A DNA stretch of 58,099 nt from a virus (taxonomy: Duplodnaviria > Caudoviricetes): positions 1-58,099 of IMG/VR virus record IMGVR_UViG_3300049043_000087; one strand, 5' to 3'. The translations under genes and the position numbers were made by a program. Under the pieces are notes generated by a model. The model was not told the origin of the DNA, searched no databases, and was given only the letters and a program-made list of their open reading frames with translations. Positions 52,589-58,099 of this stretch are shown here, one piece after another (position 1 is the first letter of the stretch; each line of letters begins with the position of its first letter).

Positions 52589-52813
52589 TCAGAATAATTT
52601 AATATTCCGTTTACTCAATCCTGTGCCAGGCAATGACACAGAGCCAAGCAGGCCGCTAGGGCGAGCGTTGACTGTGAATTGAAATGGTCCAAGTTTGAAT
52701 GACTTGGTATAACTTTTGATGCCACGCTCGGGGGTGATGTTGACACCAGCAATGGTGCGATCAAAGTTAATGCTGATTTCTTTTGAGTCATTAGTCAAGG
52801 AGTTTGATTGCAA
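52589..52813 (-). CDS. DUF4236-like small protein
   Basis: KSFKLGPFQFTVN..SVSLPGTGLS. Confidence 0.55.
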   Translation of the reverse strand: MQSNSLTNDSKEISINFDRTIAGVNITPERGIKSYTKSFKLGPFQFTVNARPSGLLGSVSLPGTGLSKRNIKLF

Positions 52814-54268
52814 TGATTGTGAAACAGATCAGTGCTGTTACTAGGACTAAAGCTTCTGCCATGCTCATCGAAGTTCGTCAGGCAGGAGCATGTTGGTGTC
52901 TTTCTCGTTCATGTTGGACATGACGAATGTTTCAGCCGTCAGGTGAAATAAATCCACCAACAAATCCCATACCGTATTTATCTGCAGACTCACGCATCTT
53001 GGCAGTGAGTTGCATGAAGGCAAGCTTCTGTGAATCTAATGAATTAGGAATGGTTGGTTTGTTGGATGACATGAGTTGAGATGGTGATAGGTGAATGGAG
53101 TCTACCAGTAATGTCAAGGACGTACTACTGGTATGTAATAAATCCTTCTTATCGAATAAAGGATTTCTCCCTGGTACTCCCCTTCGGGGGTCTGGGGGCT
53201 GCTCACATCGGATACGCTCCTCCTGCAGGGACTCACTGGGCCAATGATTGTTTAGGGGATTCCGCTTGGTTCAGGCCCAACCGGAAACACCGACCATTTT
53301 GTTGAAGCAAACAAAATGGTTAGCAACGATGAAGCAAGGGGCGCCTGGCCGCACCAGGCTTAGGTTCTAATGCGAACCAGCCCTTTGCTTTACCAACAAT
53401 CACTTGTGTGCTTCCTGGTGTTCTTTCCATGCAGCAGTGTGCATTTCATCCATAGTTATGGGTGGTTCACCAGTCAGATCATCATCTGATGGTTCGTCCC
53501 ACCTCAGTTGCTCTTTCGAGCAGACCAATAGCTTCCAAGATCAGCTCTGGAGCTTCATAAGGAAGTGTTTTGTCTGGCCAATCGCGTTTGTCTTCGCGTT
53601 GGTAGATAGCACTGAGTTCTTTAAGGATGAGATAAATGCGACGTTCTTCACGCATGGCAAAAGGTTATCTGTGTACCGTCTGAGCGTTGGTACACAGTTG
53701 TTATTCAAAGTGCAGTTCAGTTTGTGACATGAGTTGAATTGCAGTGGGGTTAAAGCAAAGCCTGGTATTCATCCACGAAGTTTGCTACGATACATAAGTA
53801 AAACTTATATGCTGATTGGTGCTTTAATCATTAGATTAAGCCAAGGATTGAAAGCCACGAGTCAGGGTGGTCCGGTTCGACCTTCTTCGTCGTCTGGCGT
53901 GAAGCAGACGCTGTCGAACGACCACTCCTCGATGTCTTCGTTGGTTGGGACATCGTACCAACCTTCGAGTTTCTCTTCGGTGTGGACTGGTTTCCAGTAG
54001 CAGCGCAGGGTTCCTCGCTTGTTTCTGTAGACACAACCAGTGGTTGGTGCTCCAGGTTTGTCTGGATCCCAGTTGATGTCAGCTTGAAATTGTTCTTGGG
54101 CTTCCTCTTCGGAGAAGGGGACGTAGCCAAAGCTTTCTGCAATGGCTTGGAGCTTGTTGGATGAAGCATGAGATGAACTCCGTGATAATAATTAGAGATG
54201 ATTGTGATAATGATAATGATGATGTCTGGTTCTTGATTAGCTTTCGTCATCGTATTCCTCAGCATTAA

Positions 54269-54409
54269 TTACGTTGAATCCAATGAACTGTACCATTGTC
54301 GTTCGACGAGGGTCCATTCGGATTGATCTGATTCACGCATAGCCTGCTCTTGTTCATATGCCATGTCAGCCATGGCATCTAGCAAGTCAGCGTTGTAGTT
54401 GTTGTCCAT
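54269..54409 (-). CDS. Small hypothetical protein
   Basis: MDNNYNADLLDAMADMAYEQE; preceded by pseudoknot copy 7. Confidence 0.55.
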   Translation of the reverse strand: MDNNYNADLLDAMADMAYEQEQAMRESDQSEWTLVERQWYSSLDST

Positions 54410-54436
54410 GGGTTGAATTGAATTGATAAAAGGAAC

Positions 54437-54463
54437 GAGCAGTTTAACGTCATACTCAGGACG
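54437..54463 (-). promoter_or_regulatory. Pseudoknot leader element, copy 7
   Basis: CGTC-CTGAGTAT-GACG-TTAAAC-TGCTC; 27 nt before ATG at 54409. Confidence 0.8.
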
Positions 54464-54500
54464 GGGTGATACCACCCCAGATTTGAGTGAATTCAATAAA

Positions 54501-54773
54501 TTAATTCACATCTCTCCATGCAATGCCACGGGCAATGTTGGAGATACTGCAACCAGTAACACCAAACTTCTTACCGATAACGTTATAGAAGTTAGTAACT
54601 GTGCCGCAGGAACGCCTGAGGTTCTCATCCTTCAAGATCATCTTGATTTCCTTGACGGATTGAGGGTTGAGTTTAGAGGGTCCATCCCAATTACGAAAGC
54701 TACGCTTGGGATAACGCTTGATTGCTTCCTGTCCACTCCCCCGATCATCCCTGGCACCTATAACAGCCTTCAT
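54501..54773 (-). CDS. HTH-containing protein (C-terminal part; start probably upstream)
   Basis: SKLNPQSVKEIK..IGKKFGVTGCSISNIARGIAW. Confidence 0.55.
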   Translation of the reverse strand: MKAVIGARDDRGSGQEAIKRYPKRSFRNWDGPSKLNPQSVKEIKMILKDENLRRSCGTVTNFYNVIGKKFGVTGCSISNIARGIAWRDVN

Positions 54774-55018
54774 CTGTGGTGCTGGCTGTTGGATGGGGGA
54801 TAGGGGGAGTTGAGTGGGAAGCCAAGAGTTACAGAGGTACCGTCTTTTATGACGGAGATCGTGACCTCGTTATCCCTGGTAATAACCGAGACGTGGTCCG
54901 GTTGTTGGATGTCCAGTTGGCTGAGAGCTTCCATGAGTTGTAGTGGTTAGCAAATAGAGAGTAGCTAGTCCCTGCAAGAATGCAAGCACTAGCTGTGGTT
55001 TGTTAGATCGACGAGACA

Positions 55019-55240
55019 CTAGGGGTGTGGCACAAAGTCCGAGTGGGTTAGCAGTTGGTGGACTGACAGGCAGTCCTCAGCAATCTCGTCTTTGGTGCAG
55101 CCGTCCCAGTCATCAGTTTGGTTCTCGATCACCTCGCAGCCAAGGTCTTCGAGTTGGTCGATGAACTGATTCCAGTTATGGGCTTCACCCCATACGTGGG
55201 CGTAGCGCCCAGTACAGTCAGTGACTAATGCGATGAACAT
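55019..55240 (-). CDS. Small hypothetical protein
   Basis: MFIALVTDCTGRY... Confidence 0.5.
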   Translation of the reverse strand: MFIALVTDCTGRYAHVWGEAHNWNQFIDQLEDLGCEVIENQTDDWDGCTKDEIAEDCLSVHQLLTHSDFVPHP

Positions 55241-55530
55241 TAGTAGGCTCCGATATATTTGGTGATGTCGACGCCCATAGCTGCGCCAACCGTCATGGCA
55301 GCAATTGCTACGCAAAAGATGCCGACGAAGAGATTGGACAGGGGCGTCTCACCGTGTGTCTCATATGAGTCAAGGTGTATGTAACGATTGACTCCAAGTT
55401 TGATGATGTGTTTCATGTGATGAGATGTTGGGTAGTAAATAGTGTGCAGGATGTGAGTCCTGCTGGTGCTCTTCTATACAAAAGAGCAAGAGCAGAAATC
55501 AATTGTTTAAAAGAAATGCATTTACATTGG

Positions 55531-56020
55531 CTAACGTTTGAGGATCTCTAAGTTTCGAATTGGAATCCGATAAGTTTGAGCCATTCTTAACGCTTGTCCT
55601 GTTCCTCCTGTAATTTGTCCTCCAGGCGTATATGCAACAACCATCTTTACGGGATCATTCATGTTTGAACCTAGAAGTTGCATTGCGTTCCTTGCCATTA
55701 AAGAACGAGCAAATTCAGACAGTCGTTCAGGAGCTGGATGGAATTGGTTAACGGTAGCAATTGCTTGATTCCAGCTAGGCAGTTTGCTTGAATCTATGTA
55801 AGAAATATGATCTGCATAACGAGAATTAAAACTATTTGAAGGAAGATAAATCTGTTTAGATAAAGGATTAAGAAACACCGCGTTCAAAAGCCGTGTCTGC
55901 TCCTGCAGCACCTCCTGATCTTAACGTGTATCCCATTCCTTCTAACTTAGAAGCTAAACGTGTCATAACACTTAAGATTTGAGGCGGTGTTGAACGAGCA
56001 CCGATTCCTGCGTAATACAT
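55531..56020 (-). CDS. SLOG/DprA-like Rossmann-fold protein (frameshifted)
   Basis: YAGIGARSTP..LRSGGAAGADTAFE..ARNAMQLLG..GGTGQALRMA. Confidence 0.75.
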
Positions 56021-56114
56021 GCTTACTGAAATAAATTAATTTTAACAAAGGAAAGGACACGTCCATATAAATACGAACGTGTCCTAAATGTCCGTACGTT
56101 GTCCGTACGTTAGA

Positions 56115-56543
56115 TCAGAGTGCGATCTCCTCCAGTGTGGGCTGAACCACGCCAGAGGTTTCTGCCTTTGATGCAGGCTTACGACCGAACTCGTAATCCT
56201 TCACAAGCAGCTGGATCTCTGGACGTTTCAGTACCTGGAGTTGGTTCTGATCATCCATGTAGGTAGTACGAATACCATTGATACGGCCGTAAACCCGAAG
56301 CTCCTGACCGACAACGAGGTTGCCGTTGGAGTATGCGGTGTTGAGGCCGTTGTTATTCGTGAAAGTGAGAGTGATGCTGACCATGGAGTTCAGGTTGTGA
56401 ATCATCTTCACACCAATGAACTGGCTGTTGTCCTCTTCGTTGGTGAATTGCTTGATGAAAGCAATCCGACCTTGGAACTGGACATGAGCCGAGTCAGCAT
56501 ACTGCTTGAGGTCAGCAGTGTCAGTAGCAGGAGTAGTAGCCAT
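56115..56543 (-). CDS. Hypothetical protein, possible OB fold
   Basis: VQFQGRI...LVVGQELRVYGRI; acidic-hydrophobic end LEEIAL. Confidence 0.55.
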   Translation of the reverse strand: MATTPATDTADLKQYADSAHVQFQGRIAFIKQFTNEEDNSQFIGVKMIHNLNSMVSITLTFTNNNGLNTAYSNGNLVVGQELRVYGRINGIRTTYMDDQNQLQVLKRPEIQLLVKDYEFGRKPASKAETSGVVQPTLEEIAL

Positions 56544-57159
56544 TGGGTTGAACTGAGTTGAGTTGAAGTACAGGATAGTAAGTCCTGCAGTAAACCCACC
56601 ACCGATACGAATTCGTATCAATGGAAGGGTTAAGTGCAAGCTTCACTTGCCTAGGTACGAATCCTTGATGCAGTAGTACGTGTCACCAAAGGATGGTCTG
56701 GCTGTAAGATGAGACTGTGCTTAGGTAAATCGTTACATGTGCGTTGGTAGTGATTGTTCAGTAGCTTCTGTCCGCCTACGGACAGCAACATACCGGCACC
56801 AATGCCCATCACGATTGCAAGCACGGAATCAATCATGTGATTGTTAGTCATTGTAGTTAGGAAATGAAATGTGATCTGAGCTGTAGCAGTATGAGTAGAA
56901 CTCCTGCATTTCTGCATGCAGTTCTTTCACATGACGGAAATACCGTGGCCGAGAGTACGTGTCTCGATGTCGATCCACTTCTCGTGATGCCACGGTGTTG
57001 GAAATGAAGCTGAGTTGATTGCGCCGCCGTACCACACAATGCGGGTACGGTCGTCGCACTCAGGTTGATAGGTGAGCATGGTCTTGAAGCAAGTAATGCC
57101 ATTCTGATGAATGGCAATTGCTGGAGGAGGGTTTGCACCTCCTCTCCCGCTTTAACGGA

Positions 57160-57312
57160 TCAGCTGTGAACCTGTTCCTTACGAATAAGGAAACGTTCAC
57201 CTTCCTCTGGTTCCTGGGATTGAACGTATTTGTCAGCCGCTTCACGGCTACCAAACACACCCATAAAGTGATCCTGGTACAGATCACAGAGGATAACGAC
57301 GTAAACCGACAT
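57160..57312 (-). CDS. Small hypothetical protein
   Basis: 50 aa, GVFGSREAADKY; GGAG ribosome-binding site. Confidence 0.6.
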   Translation of the reverse strand: MSVYVVILCDLYQDHFMGVFGSREAADKYVQSQEPEEGERFLIRKEQVHS

Positions 57313-57325
57313 GGCTTACTCCAGT

Positions 57326-57352
57326 TGTGCGGTGCCCATCTCCGCTGGGGGC
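57326..57352 (-). repeat. 27-nt leader repeat, copy A
   Basis: Minus strand GCCCCCAGCGGAGATGGGCACCGCACA. Confidence 0.85.
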
Positions 57353-57392
57353 TAGGAGTTGTTTGGCAGGCCTGAAGCCTGTTGGAGGATTA

Positions 57393-57548
57393 TCAATGTT
57401 TGACAGGAGAAATGTTAGGCATGATTGCATTGGCCAACTTGATGCGACCAATGGTAATCAATGCACTGATCTTCTCCTTGCTCTTATCATTGTCCAACGC
57501 CTTGGCGGCGTTGTTAAGTTGTTGAGCAATGCCCTTACGGATGCCCAT
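57393..57548 (-). CDS. Small basic hypothetical protein
   Basis: 51 aa, MGIRKGIAQQL...; GGAG ribosome-binding site. Confidence 0.55.
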   Translation of the reverse strand: MGIRKGIAQQLNNAAKALDNDKSKEKISALITIGRIKLANAIMPNISPVKH

Positions 57549-57559
57549 GTTGTCTCCGA

Positions 57560-57586
57560 TGTGCGGTGCCCATTTCCGCTGGGGGC
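57560..57586 (-). repeat. 27-nt leader repeat, copy B
   Basis: Minus strand GCCCCCAGCGGAAATGGGCACCGCACA (26/27 identical to copy A). Confidence 0.85.
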
Positions 57587-57630
57587 AATACTGAGTGGGG
57601 GATTCGATCCCCCGGCATCACGCCTGGTAC

Positions 57631-57813
57631 TCAGAAAGGAATGAAATCAACTTCAAGAAGCTCTTGCTCCCATTCTTCAAAGGTCTTGAAGTATGCGGTC
57701 GCATCTTCTTCAGTTTCAAAATCTTGTTCGCATCCTTGGAAGTATGCGTCTGCAAATGTGTAGTCTGTGTTGGGTTCAAACGGTGAACGTTTGATCTGAA
57801 CGAAGTAAGTCAT
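57631..57813 (-). CDS. Small acidic hypothetical protein
   Basis: 60 aa ORF. Confidence 0.6.
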   Translation of the reverse strand: MTYFVQIKRSPFEPNTDYTFADAYFQGCEQDFETEEDATAYFKTFEEWEQELLEVDFIPF

Positions 57814-58067
57814 TAGAATGAATTGAATAATTGATTCGTGAGAATCAAGGCTGTTCAGTGTAACTCCTGTTAACTTCAGCAGTTCACTGTTCTATACCGC
57901 AGCTCCATCGGGGAGAGCGAAACCTAGTTTCAGGCGCGATAAGAGTTCGTATCACGGCTGATTTAGGCAAGGAATGTCAGGGTTCGCTAACATTTCATGG
58001 TAAATGAAATGTGACGACCCCGCAGTTCTTTTTTTCTCCCCACATACTCAGTCGCGTGGCGGGTGGG

Positions 58068-58099
58068 AGCAATACTGTAACTGAACGAAGACATTACAA
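58068..58099 (-). other. Terminal Nanopore adapter
   Basis: AGCAATAC(T)GTAACTGAACGAAG(T)ACATT, reverse complement of the ONT adapter. Confidence 0.9.

Noticed and set aside
39744-54463. Pseudoknot element as a pistol or hammerhead ribozyme, or as a CRISPR repeat
   Set aside because: The hairpin plus UUAAA recalls the pistol 5' end, but the further helices and catalytic core are absent; there is no CUGAUGA/GAAA core; copies are kilobases apart
57596-57614. GGGGGA-TTCGA-TCCCCC as a tRNA T arm
   Set aside because: No D arm, anticodon arm or acceptor stem around it; treated as a simple hairpin
441-58099. Apparent terminal direct repeat GCAATAC..GTAACTGAACGAAG
   Set aside because: It is the Nanopore adapter, not a phage terminal repeat

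Overview
This window looks like one raw Oxford Nanopore read: adapter sequence occurs at 1-42, 441-464 and 58068-58099, and indels split many genes. Bases 1 to about 1000 are chimeric or low-quality (a pentamer microsatellite between adapters). The rest is about 57 kb of a tailed dsDNA phage that very probably infects a cyanobacterium (NblA-like genes, an hli-like gene, Dps, thyX, tRNA-Leu(UAA)). Left to right: lysozyme, NblA-like gene, dcd, Dam-like gene; tail fibre genes interrupted by a tyrosine-recombinase cassette; endolysin and holin-like gene; a primase/helicase-speD-glycosyltransferase operon; a sugar-modification operon; a structured RNA next to an HNH gene; then a long minus-strand replication and early region (Gp157-like, DUF5895-like, SSB, family A DNA polymerase, Gp88-like, ThyX, PcfJ-like, many small ORFs). 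No capsid, portal or terminase gene was recognised, so the genome is partial. The main unexplained signal is a 27-29 nt element present seven times on the minus strand. It folds as a compact H-type RNA pseudoknot with compensatory base changes and sits 20-31 nt upstream of start codons that lack a Shine-Dalgarno sequence. Family names are recognised from motifs by eye; no database search was run.
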